DNA of 64,000 nt. Origin: Candidatus Helarchaeota archaeon. GTDB lineage: Archaea; Asgardarchaeota; Lokiarchaeia; Helarchaeales; RDOG01. The DNA lies in NCBI GenBank assembly GCA_019058315.1, contig JAHPZH010000002.1:1229910-1293909 (forward strand), written 5' to 3'. Numbering within the stretch: position 1 is the stretch's first letter; each line of letters starts with the position of its first letter. The position numbers were made by a program, and so were the translations under genes. The notes beneath the pieces are model-generated. The model did not search any database, was not told the DNA's origin, and worked only from the letters and a program-made list of their open reading frames with translations. Shown piece after piece: positions 29,344 to 38,616 of this stretch.

Positions 29344-32031
29344 TTACTCCCTCTTTAACATATTTCTTAAAACTTTGTTTAATATTCCTCCATTTCTATA
29401 ATATTCTAGTTCAATTGACGAATCCAACCGAACTTTTACTTTAAATTTCTTATCTTCTTTATTTTTATCTTTAATTATTACTGTTGCTTCTCCCATAGGC
29501 TTAATTCTACTTATTCCAACTATGTCGAAATTCTCATGCCCCGTAAGTTCTAATATATTACAATTTTCTCCTTCTTTAAATTCAAGAGGTAAGACTCCCA
29601 TACCAATTAGGTTGCTCCGGTGTATTCTCTCGTAAGATTCAGCTATTACCGCCTTCACTCCTAATAATTGAGCTCCTTTGGCAGCCCAATCTCTAGAGCT
29701 TCCAGTGCCATACTCTCTTCCAGCTAGAACAATCAAAGGAACATTATTCTTTTTATAAAGCATTGCGGCATCATAAATAGGCATTTCTTCACCAGTTGGT
29801 AAATATAATGTCCAATTTCCTTCTTTATCCGGAACTAATTTATTTTTAAGGCGAATATTACCAAAGGTTCCTCGCATCATAACCTCATGATTCCCACGCC
29901 TTGACCCAAAAGAATTGAAATCTTTCGGTTCTACTCCTTTTGAAATTAAATAGTTACCAGCTGGGTCTTTGGGAGGTATGGCTCCTGCTGGTGAAATGTG
30001 ATCAGTTGTAATTGAATCACCTAATAATGCCAGAACTCGAGCACCTATTATATCTTCTATTTCTGGAGATTCAAGAGAGAATCCTACGAAGAAAGGTGGT
30101 TCCCGAATATATGTCGAATTGGGTTCCCAATTAAAAATTTTACTTTTCGGAATATTTAAATTAAGCCATAAAGAAGATCCCTCAAAAATTTTAGAGTATC
30201 GCTTCTTAAATATTTCTGGTTTTATAAAGTTGTTCAATACTTGTTGAATTTCTTCTTTTTTTGGCCAAATACTTCGTAGATAGACAGATTTACAATTTGG
30301 ATCCTCACCTATCGGCTCATTTATAATATCCATATCTACTGTGCCTGCTATAGCATATGCGACTACTAAAGGTGGGGAAGCGAGATAGTTAGCTTTAATT
30401 AATGGATTCAAACGCCCTTCAAAATTTCGATTTCCACTAATTATACCCGCAACAACTAGATTTTTCTCCATTATTGCTTTTGCTACTTTTTCTGGAAGAG
30501 GTCCACTATTACCTATACAAGTAGTACAACCGTATCCTACTAAATAAAAACCCAATTTTTCAAGATAAGGCAATAGATCTGATGCTCTAAGATAATCAAT
30601 AGCGACTGTCGAACCCGGAGCTAAACTTGTTTTTATGTGTGATTTAACTCTTAGTCCATGTTCAACTGCGTTTCTCGCTAAAATTCCAGCTCCTATTAAT
30701 AATGAAGGATTTGAGGTATTTGTACAAGAAGATATCGCGGCAATAGCTATTGAACCGTGTGTGAATTTCCGAAATCCTCCAATCAAATCCTGGTCCTCCA
30801 ATTTTACTCCAAATGTCTTTCCAACTGCTTCATGGAATTTTTCCTTCATTTTACTGAGAGGAATTCGATCTTGTGGTCTTTTAGGACCTGCTAGACTTGG
30901 TTCTACACTACCAAGATCTAAATCTAGAATCTCACTATAAAAAATGTCTAGTTCTTTATCTGTTGAAAAAAGGTCTTGTTCTTTGGTATACCATTCAATA
31001 AATTCTACATGCTCTTTTTCTCTCCCAGTTTGTAACAGGTATTGGAGAGTTTCTTTATCTGTAGGAAAGAAGCCCATCGTAGCTCCATATTCAGGTGCCA
31101 TATTAGAAATCAAAGCTCTATCTGGCAAGCTCAAATTACTTATACCTGGTCCAAAAAATTCAACAAATTTACCTACAACCCCTTGTTTTCTGAGCTTTTC
31201 AGTAATTGTAAGAACAATATCAGTAGCAGTTACACCGTCTTTAATTTCTCCACTAAGTCTAACCCCCACTACTTCTGGAATTTGCATATAATAAGGTTGA
31301 CCAAGCATAACTGCTTCTGCTTCAATGCCTCCAACACCCCATCCCAAAACTCCTAAGCTATTTATCATCGTTGTGTGGGAATCGGCTCCAAGAACGGTAT
31401 CTGGAAAGGCAACTTGTTCCCCATTTATATTCCTTACTTGAACGACGGATGCTAAATACTCTAGATTTATTTGATGAATAATCCCCTTACCAGGTGGGAC
31501 AACTTTAAAATTATCAAATGCGTTTTGTGACCAGCGTAAGAAGGTATATCGTTCACGATTCCTTTCAAATTCTCTTTTCTCATTATATTCTTTAGCAGAG
31601 GACTCTCCATAACAATCTACTTGAATGGAATGATCAATTATGAGATCTACTGGTATTAAGGGATTTATTTTATTAGGATCTCCGCCAAGTCTTTGCATAG
31701 CAGATCTCATAGCAGCTAGATCGACTATAGCAGGAACTCCAGTTAAATCTTGCAGAATTACTCGAGCGGGAATAAATGGTATCTCATTTTCGGACATCTT
31801 TCTCGGATCCCATCTAGCCACTAATTCAACGTCCTCTTTGGTGATAATCTTTCCATCTACTTGTCGAAGAATAGCTTCCAGTAATACTTTAATGGAGTAA
31901 GGTAGACGAGATATATCTGCTATTCCTAACTCTTTAAGCCTATTAATGCGATAGATCGTTATCTTTCTAGAACCAATCTCGATAACATCTCTAGCTTTAA
32001 AAGGATCCATGTTAAAACCCAAAAATTTCAA
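29344..32031 (-). CDS. acnA: Aconitate hydratase A
   Basis: Motifs LQDLTGVP, DHSIQVD, DSHTT, SCTNTSNP, GCTTCIGNSG, TDHISPAG and GSSRDWAAKG. Confidence 0.97.
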   Translation of the reverse strand: MKFLGFNMDPFKARDVIEIGSRKITIYRINRLKELGIADISRLPYSIKVLLEAILRQVDGKIITKEDVELVARWDPRKMSENEIPFIPARVILQDLTGVPAIVDLAAMRSAMQRLGGDPNKINPLIPVDLIIDHSIQVDCYGESSAKEYNEKREFERNRERYTFLRWSQNAFDNFKVVPPGKGIIHQINLEYLASVVQVRNINGEQVAFPDTVLGADSHTTMINSLGVLGWGVGGIEAEAVMLGQPYYMQIPEVVGVRLSGEIKDGVTATDIVLTITEKLRKQGVVGKFVEFFGPGISNLSLPDRALISNMAPEYGATMGFFPTDKETLQYLLQTGREKEHVEFIEWYTKEQDLFSTDKELDIFYSEILDLDLGSVEPSLAGPKRPQDRIPLSKMKEKFHEAVGKTFGVKLEDQDLIGGFRKFTHGSIAIAAISSCTNTSNPSLLIGAGILARNAVEHGLRVKSHIKTSLAPGSTVAIDYLRASDLLPYLEKLGFYLVGYGCTTCIGNSGPLPEKVAKAIMEKNLVVAGIISGNRNFEGRLNPLIKANYLASPPLVVAYAIAGTVDMDIINEPIGEDPNCKSVYLRSIWPKKEEIQQVLNNFIKPEIFKKRYSKIFEGSSLWLNLNIPKSKIFNWEPNSTYIREPPFFVGFSLESPEIEDIIGARVLALLGDSITTDHISPAGAIPPKDPAGNYLISKGVEPKDFNSFGSRRGNHEVMMRGTFGNIRLKNKLVPDKEGNWTLYLPTGEEMPIYDAAMLYKKNNVPLIVLAGREYGTGSSRDWAAKGAQLLGVKAVIAESYERIHRSNLIGMGVLPLEFKEGENCNILELTGHENFDIVGISRIKPMGEATVIIKDKNKEDKKFKVKVRLDSSIELEYYRNGGILNKVLRNMLKRE

Positions 32032-32164
32032 TTTATGTAAATATATTCTAACTGAGTATTAAGTTAAATTGTTATTGATGGTAGAAATTCTTTTTCTTTT
32101 TTATTATTTTTGATTGAATACAAGAAAAAAGATTAAAATAAGAAAAATTTGTCTTAATAAGTAA

Positions 32165-32656
32165 ATGATTAGAGAAATTGTGAGTAAGAAAGAACTTAAG
32201 GAAAGTGTTAATGTATTAAGAAAATCATTTCTCACAGTAGCACATGAGTTCAATCTAACAAAAGAAACAGTTCCCTCAAATCCTGCATTTATCACATTAA
32301 ACAGATTGGAAGAGATGCAGAATAAAGGAATAAAATTATTCGGATTATATAGCGATAAAGAACATGGAAAAAAATTGATAGGATTTATCGCAATAGAAAA
32401 AGCTGATGATTTTCTTTACTATCTTGAAAAGCTAGCAGTATTACCGGAATACAGACACCGCGGATATGGGAAAAAGCTATTGGATTTTGCTTCAGATTAT
32501 GTGAACAAGAAAATGGGGAAAAAAATCTCTATAGGAATAATAAATGAAAATTTAATATTGAAAAATTGGTATAAAAAGCATAATTTTATTGAAACAGGCA
32601 TTAAACTATTTGATCATTTACCATTTACTGTTTGTTATTTAGAAAAAGAAATATAG
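32165..32656 (+). CDS. GNAT acetyltransferase
   Basis: Motif LAVLPEYRHRGYGKKL. Confidence 0.88.
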   Translation: MIREIVSKKELKESVNVLRKSFLTVAHEFNLTKETVPSNPAFITLNRLEEMQNKGIKLFGLYSDKEHGKKLIGFIAIEKADDFLYYLEKLAVLPEYRHRGYGKKLLDFASDYVNKKMGKKISIGIINENLILKNWYKKHNFIETGIKLFDHLPFTVCYLEKEI

Positions 32657-32698
32657 AGTAAATTATATTTTATATGTAAAAATAATCGGAGAGATTAT

Positions 32699-33844
32699 AT
32701 GGTCCATACTTATGGAGAAATGCCAGATGATTTATATTTAAAACCATTTCTTCCCTTATTATCCTTTCTTTGGCGAGTATATAAAAAATTAGGTTGGGAT
32801 GGTGTTGATAATTACGAGAGAATAGGTGATGAGGGTATCTACGACTTTTTTGAAACCAGATTAAATGAATCAATTTATACATGTAAGGATGTAATTGATG
32901 GCAAAATAACTGAACCTGAGAAAGTTCTTTCATATATTATTATGATTCCGAGTCTCGTTATCCGCAGCGATCTGGTTATTGGAACCCAAAAATTATTCGG
33001 TGGAGATAGCGCAGATGTTACATTCGCGGTTGTGCATGATTATAATGCTGAACTTTTAATTTTACTTAATTGCCATATTGAAGATGGAATTCCTGTAGAC
33101 TGGTATTTAATAAGAGAACAAGACGAAATTTTAGACAGACGCCACATGAAATACGGCTATAAATTAAGAGAAATACCACGTCGAGCTAAAGACATGACGA
33201 AATCTGCAAATATTTTAATGGATGTTTTGAAAGATATCCGCAATGAAAGGACACCCCAATGGAGTGATGCCGATTACTATGTAGGATCTGTAATATCTAG
33301 CTGGGCGATTAATTTATTATGCATCCCAAGTAATTATGAGAGTGCTGGAGAAACATATGATGGCTGGGCATCTAAAGAAATTTACAAATTACCTGACTAT
33401 ACATTTACGCTCCATCCATATCCATCGGCTTTTAATATGTTTTTTTATAAAGGAAGAAAGGATTTCTGTAAAATAGTTGCATCACTCACTACGAATATGA
33501 ATTTTTATATACAACCCTTTGAACCTCGGAATTTAGAGTTAATAAGGACGAGAGTTCCCGAATTATTTGCGATATATCAAGATCAAGTTCTAAATGAAGG
33601 TGTTCCATACCCAATTCAAACAATTAATAGTCAATATCAAAATATAAAAAGCAAAGATCCTAATATCAGATTTGAAAAGAAGTATCCAAAAGGGGATTTT
33701 ATCACACCTGATGATATTGGGCTTGATTTTGAAGAATTTTTACAAGGGGTTTATTTAGACGTTAACCACGAGACACCCGCTAAAAAAATAGATGAATCAA
33801 AAATTCTTTCAACTGGTATTGGACGAAATACGATATTTAAATGA
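32699..33844 (+). CDS. Hypothetical protein
   Basis: 381-aa ORF with a GGAG ribosome-binding site; no recognised motif. Confidence 0.75.
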   Translation: MVHTYGEMPDDLYLKPFLPLLSFLWRVYKKLGWDGVDNYERIGDEGIYDFFETRLNESIYTCKDVIDGKITEPEKVLSYIIMIPSLVIRSDLVIGTQKLFGGDSADVTFAVVHDYNAELLILLNCHIEDGIPVDWYLIREQDEILDRRHMKYGYKLREIPRRAKDMTKSANILMDVLKDIRNERTPQWSDADYYVGSVISSWAINLLCIPSNYESAGETYDGWASKEIYKLPDYTFTLHPYPSAFNMFFYKGRKDFCKIVASLTTNMNFYIQPFEPRNLELIRTRVPELFAIYQDQVLNEGVPYPIQTINSQYQNIKSKDPNIRFEKKYPKGDFITPDDIGLDFEEFLQGVYLDVNHETPAKKIDESKILSTGIGRNTIFK

Positions 33845-33881
33845 AATCTCTCTATTTTAAAGATGAATAATTAAATATTAT

Positions 33882-33917
33882 TATAATAAAAAAGACAAGT
33901 ATAATAAAAAAGACAAG
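33882..33917 (+). repeat. Perfect 18-bp tandem duplication
   Basis: TATAATAAAAAAGACAAG twice, ending 6 bp before ATG 33924. Confidence 0.9.
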
Positions 33918-33923
33918 AAAAAA

Positions 33924-35033
33924 ATGCAATTTGGAAGTCTCTTTATCCCCTATCTAATATCGGGGATAATTTCAATGGTAATTATAATAATTGTATGTAT
34001 AACATTAATTCATAGCTATATTAAATCAAAAAACAGTACCACAATCTTTTATATTTTCTTTTTCATGATGCTCGGAGTGTGGGCATTTACAACAACTTTT
34101 TTTCCTAGTATGGATACAATTGATTCAGCTTTATTATTACAAATTATAGGAATAATATCCATTTACTTTGGGTTTTATTCACTATTTATATTCCTAGAAT
34201 TAATAAACTATGATAAAATAAATGTAGTTCGGGCTGTTTTATTTGCCTCAGTTATAATAATTTTTCTAATTGTGATTATTATCGCCCCTCCTTTATTAAT
34301 ACAATATGATTACCTTCCAAATTTCGGTTATGCAAATAAAACTGTTTTTTTAATTACAGTACTACAAGGTATACTTTTGATTGGAATTGGGATAGAATTT
34401 TTTTTAACAGCTCTTCGATTAAAAAAAATAGCAGAAACACCTGCTCAAAAACAGCAAGCACTATGGTTCATGGCAGGTCCAGCGATTGGAATATTTGGGG
34501 GTGCTCTTGCTCCCATTTTTAGATTAATTATTAATTTTCCAGGTTTATTACTATTATTCGCTTCTATTGGAATGGCTTTATCTGGTTTGGCTTTTATCAA
34601 AGACCCAAATGTTGCTTTTTTTTTACCATTCAGAGTATATAATTTGATGGTTATTAATACTGTAGGAATAAATATTTTCCATCAAAAATTTAGTGGTTCT
34701 AAAGAAGTTAATGAAGTTTTAGTTTCTGGTATGATTACAGGGATTTCGAGCTTTATGGAAGAAGCATTAGGAGTGAAATCACAACTACGAGCGATTATCT
34801 TTGGAGATAGATATGTTTTATTAGATCTAAGGGAAAAATTTGGTGCCTTTATTGATTCGGAATCAGCTTCCAAAACTCTAAAAATAGCTCTAGAAAAATT
34901 TGCGGATTATTTTGAATCGAAATTTTCCGAATATTTAAATAAATCATCCAAAAATGTAAATGTCTATAAGTCAGCAATTGCTGGAGTTGAAAAATATTTC
35001 GGATTTTTACCTGGTTCTTGGAAATCACATTAA
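33924..35033 (+). CDS. 7-TM membrane protein with C-terminal longin-like domain
   Basis: Seven hydrophobic segments, then a beta-beta-alpha-beta-beta-beta-alpha-alpha pattern (LMVINTVGINIF...LVSGMITGISSF...FESKF). Confidence 0.7.
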   Translation: MQFGSLFIPYLISGIISMVIIIIVCITLIHSYIKSKNSTTIFYIFFFMMLGVWAFTTTFFPSMDTIDSALLLQIIGIISIYFGFYSLFIFLELINYDKINVVRAVLFASVIIIFLIVIIIAPPLLIQYDYLPNFGYANKTVFLITVLQGILLIGIGIEFFLTALRLKKIAETPAQKQQALWFMAGPAIGIFGGALAPIFRLIINFPGLLLLFASIGMALSGLAFIKDPNVAFFLPFRVYNLMVINTVGINIFHQKFSGSKEVNEVLVSGMITGISSFMEEALGVKSQLRAIIFGDRYVLLDLREKFGAFIDSESASKTLKIALEKFADYFESKFSEYLNKSSKNVNVYKSAIAGVEKYFGFLPGSWKSH

Positions 35034-35074
35034 ACATTTAAATTACTTTTCAATATCATAGGATGTTTTAAGAT

Positions 35075-35416
35075 TTGAAAAAATGTAAGATATGTAAAAA
35101 ACCTCTTGTATATACAAAAATTATTGAAAAAGACAAAAAACTAATGATTAAAGCTGTCTGTAAAAACAATCATGAGAATGAAATAGAGGAAAGGATAAAA
35201 AATCGAACCCCATGGCTTAGAAAGCTTGCAAAAAATATTTTTACTTGTAAAGAATGCGGGAAAATATTAAAACCTGGAAAAAAAGATGAAATAGAAGATA
35301 CTGGTGACATGTTTAAAATTCCAGTTAGATGTCCAGCTGGCTGTAAAGATGATATAAGATTAATTGATAAAAAATTTATGACCTATCTTACATTATCGCA
35401 GTATGAATTACGATAA
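35075..35416 (+). CDS. Double zinc-finger protein
   Basis: CxxC...CxxxH and CxxC...CxxxC motifs. Confidence 0.7.
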   Translation: MKKCKICKKPLVYTKIIEKDKKLMIKAVCKNNHENEIEERIKNRTPWLRKLAKNIFTCKECGKILKPGKKDEIEDTGDMFKIPVRCPAGCKDDIRLIDKKFMTYLTLSQYELR

Positions 35417-35493
35417 GTATTAAAGTAACTATTTTTTTTAATCTAGCATTATTATTTGGAATCTTAAAGTTCTTCTTCTTTGTTGAAAATAAA

Positions 35494-36534
35494 ATGACGA
35501 TAGTAAAACATACATCTTATGAAAAAATGAGTGAGAGTTTAAACAAATGGAGACTCTCAAAAAGTGATTATGGCTTATTTAATAAAACAAAATGGGTCGT
35601 GACTGAAAAAATACATGGTGCTAACTTCTGTATTCATACAAATGGTAAAGTGATCGAATTCGCTAAAAGAAAAGAAATATTGCCAGAGGGAGAAGATTTT
35701 TTTGGACATACTTCTTTAAAAGAATATTTTAAACCAAAAATTTTCGAATTATTTGTGTTAATTAAAGAAAAAAATAAAGAAATTGTACAAATTTCAGTTT
35801 ATGGAGAGCTGTTTGGTGGTGAATATCCGCATCCAGAAGTTCTTCCTAATCCAAATGTGCAAGCTATTCAAACTGGAATTTATTATTCTCCAAATATCGA
35901 ATTATGTATATTTGATATTGCAATTACTGATAGCTCTGGAAATAGAGATTATTTAGAATTTAGCTTTCTTGAAAAATATTGCAAACAATTAGGTCTTTTT
36001 TACACCGAACCTTTATTTATTGGGAAATTTAATGAAGCTATTAATTATAAACTCGGATTTAAATCCACTATTCCGCGAAAATTAGGTTATCCACCTCTGA
36101 AAAACATTGAAAATAAAGCTGAGGGAATTGTAATTAAACCATATAAGAGCTTTTTTATAACAACCCACAAGGGCAAGTTAAGGCCTGTTTTGAAGAAAAA
36201 AATTCCTGAATTTTCTGAAGATAAACGCTTCCAACAAGCTCGTAAGTGGGATTATTCTCAAAAGCATAAAAAGAAACAGCAAATAAAGGTTGATGAAAAA
36301 TTTTTGGAAAACGAGGTAATCCCGTTAATTACAAGACAAAGATTAAATAATGCAATATCTAAAGTAGGAAAATTAACAAAAAAAAATAAGAAGAAAATTA
36401 GAATTGAACTATCAGAAGATATCTTAGAAACTTTAAATGATAATTTTAATAAATTCTTTGAAAATTTAGAGCAAGATAAAAAGGAAATGATTTTAGAAGT
36501 TATTAACAAACAAATTTCAAAGTTAATTAATTAA
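35494..36534 (+). CDS. ATP-dependent RNA ligase, Rnl2 family
   Basis: Motif I EKIHGANF, GELFGG, FDI, motif IV EGIVIKP, LKKK..FSE and a C-terminal RLNNAISKVG. Confidence 0.9.
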   Translation: MTIVKHTSYEKMSESLNKWRLSKSDYGLFNKTKWVVTEKIHGANFCIHTNGKVIEFAKRKEILPEGEDFFGHTSLKEYFKPKIFELFVLIKEKNKEIVQISVYGELFGGEYPHPEVLPNPNVQAIQTGIYYSPNIELCIFDIAITDSSGNRDYLEFSFLEKYCKQLGLFYTEPLFIGKFNEAINYKLGFKSTIPRKLGYPPLKNIENKAEGIVIKPYKSFFITTHKGKLRPVLKKKIPEFSEDKRFQQARKWDYSQKHKKKQQIKVDEKFLENEVIPLITRQRLNNAISKVGKLTKKNKKKIRIELSEDILETLNDNFNKFFENLEQDKKEMILEVINKQISKLIN

Positions 36535-36558
36535 AGACTTAAAATTTTAGGTGTTTTA

Positions 36559-37353
36559 ATGAGCAAAAATCATAATAAAAGGTTAATTAATAAAGTGGCA
36601 CTCATTACCGGAGCGGGATCTGGAATTGGAAGAGCTACAAGTTTGAGATATGCGAAAGAAGGAGCAAGAATTATTGTTGTTGATATGAATATCGAAACTG
36701 CTGAAGAAACAGTCAAAATAATAAAAAATGAAATAAATGGAGAAGCAGTTGCTATTGAATGCGATATCAGTATTAGAGAAACAGTAAAATCTATGGTAAA
36801 ACAAGCATATAGTCAATTTTCTCGAATCGATATATTATTTAACAACGCTGGAATTGGAACACTTTCATACGGGGAGTTAGTTAATATAAGTGAAATTACA
36901 TGGGATAAGGTTATGAATGTTAACTTAAGAGGGAATTGGTTAGTCTCAAAATTTGTTGCTAAAAGAATGAAAAAACAAGATCTTATAGGAGAATTACGCG
37001 GAAAGATAATTAATAATGCATCATTATTGGGAAAAAAACCAACTTCTCCAGTAGGGGTTTATTCGATTACGAAAGCTAGTTTAATTGCTATGACAAGGAT
37101 TTTTGCTCAAGAATTAGCACCTTATAAAATAACAGTAAACGCTATATGTCCAGGATTTATGTTGACAGGGATATTTATGAATGATGAAAGAGCCATAAAC
37201 GAAATGATTCGATTTTGGGGAAAACCAATTCTACTCGAACGGACAGGAACCGCCGAAGATGTAGCAAATGTTATGTTTTTCTTAGCTTCAGATGACTCAA
37301 ATTACCTAACTGGGCAATCAATTAGCTGTGATGGTGGTTGTACAATTGTATAG
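36559..37353 (+). CDS. Short-chain dehydrogenase/reductase (tandem copy 1)
   Basis: Motifs TGAGSGIG, NNAG and YSITK. Confidence 0.93.
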   Translation: MSKNHNKRLINKVALITGAGSGIGRATSLRYAKEGARIIVVDMNIETAEETVKIIKNEINGEAVAIECDISIRETVKSMVKQAYSQFSRIDILFNNAGIGTLSYGELVNISEITWDKVMNVNLRGNWLVSKFVAKRMKKQDLIGELRGKIINNASLLGKKPTSPVGVYSITKASLIAMTRIFAQELAPYKITVNAICPGFMLTGIFMNDERAINEMIRFWGKPILLERTGTAEDVANVMFFLASDDSNYLTGQSISCDGGCTIV

Positions 37354-37428
37354 AAAACCACAAAATTAAAAATAATAATTGAAAAAAATTAATTTGGTGA
37401 AAAAAATAACAAAATTTTGGGTGTTTTA

Positions 37429-38223
37429 ATGAGTAACAATAATAATAAAAGACTAATTAACAAGGTAGCACTTATAACTGGAGCTGGATCTGGAATTGGA
37501 AGAGCTACCAGCTTAAGATTTGCTAAAGAAGGAGCAAACGTCATTGTTACTGATGTTAATATAGAAACTGCTCAAGAAACTGTAAAATTGATAAAGAAGG
37601 ATTTTCAAGGAGAGGCAATTGCCTTTGGTTGCGATATTAGTAATAAAGATGATGTCAAATCTATGGTAAAACAAGTATCTGATCAATTTAATCGTATAGA
37701 TATACTATTTAATAACGCAGGGATTGGGACCTATTCACTAGGAGAGCTTACTAATATAAATTTAAAAATCTGGGATGAAGTAATGGGTGTGAATTTACGG
37801 GGGACATGGTTAGTTTCTAAATTTGTAGCAAAAAAAATGAAAAAACAAGATATTATTGGTGAGTTACGGGGTAAAATTATTAATAATGCATCGATGGCTG
37901 GAGTAATTCCTTCAACCCCATTAGGAGTTTATTCAATTAGTAAAGCTGGTGTAATTGCCATGACAAAGATCTATGCTCAAGAATTAGCACCTTTCAAAAT
38001 AACAGTAAACTCGATCTGTCCTGGCTTCCATGTAACTGGAGTGTATTTTAATGATGAAAAATTCATAGAGAAAGCCCTTGAGTACTGGGGAAGGTCAATT
38101 CCATTAGAACGTATTGGAACAGCTGAGGATGTGGCAAATGTCATGTTCTTTTTAGCATCAGAAGACTCTAACTATTTGACTGGTCAGTCAATTAGCTGTG
38201 ACGGTGGATGTACCGTTGCTTAA
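37429..38223 (+). CDS. Short-chain dehydrogenase/reductase (tandem copy 2)
   Basis: Motifs TGAGSGIG, NNAG and YSISK. The leader shared with copy 1 places the start at ATG 37429. Confidence 0.93.
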   Translation: MSNNNNKRLINKVALITGAGSGIGRATSLRFAKEGANVIVTDVNIETAQETVKLIKKDFQGEAIAFGCDISNKDDVKSMVKQVSDQFNRIDILFNNAGIGTYSLGELTNINLKIWDEVMGVNLRGTWLVSKFVAKKMKKQDIIGELRGKIINNASMAGVIPSTPLGVYSISKAGVIAMTKIYAQELAPFKITVNSICPGFHVTGVYFNDEKFIEKALEYWGRSIPLERIGTAEDVANVMFFLASEDSNYLTGQSISCDGGCTVA

Positions 38224-38260
38224 TAAATATAGGTTAAAAAATATATGATTTAAAATTAAT

Positions 38261-38560
38261 ATGGTGATGAATTTGAAAGAAGTTGAAATAGTTGAAATTG
38301 CTATAATAGGAGCAATAGTTTTTGGCATTTGTTTTGGAATATCTATTCTTATGTCTTGGTTAGATTATTTATTTAATTGGCCTCTTATTAGAATTCTCAA
38401 ATTTGTGCAATTTGAGTGGTGGCATTGGCTTACTTTTAGACATTTCTGGACTTACATATATGCCACTGACTTACCTGCATATCTAATGTACATGGCAATT
38501 TTTAGTGGTATCATAGCAGCTGTGTTTTTATTCTTCTATGCTGGAAGAGATTGGGAGTAA
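38261..38560 (+). CDS. Small membrane protein
   Basis: Two TM segments with a Trp/His-rich loop. Confidence 0.65.
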   Translation: MVMNLKEVEIVEIAIIGAIVFGICFGISILMSWLDYLFNWPLIRILKFVQFEWWHWLTFRHFWTYIYATDLPAYLMYMAIFSGIIAAVFLFFYAGRDWE

Positions 38561-38616
38561 TTTAATAATTTCTTATTTATTTTTAAAAATTCAAACACCA
38601 TATTGGAAGTATTTTT

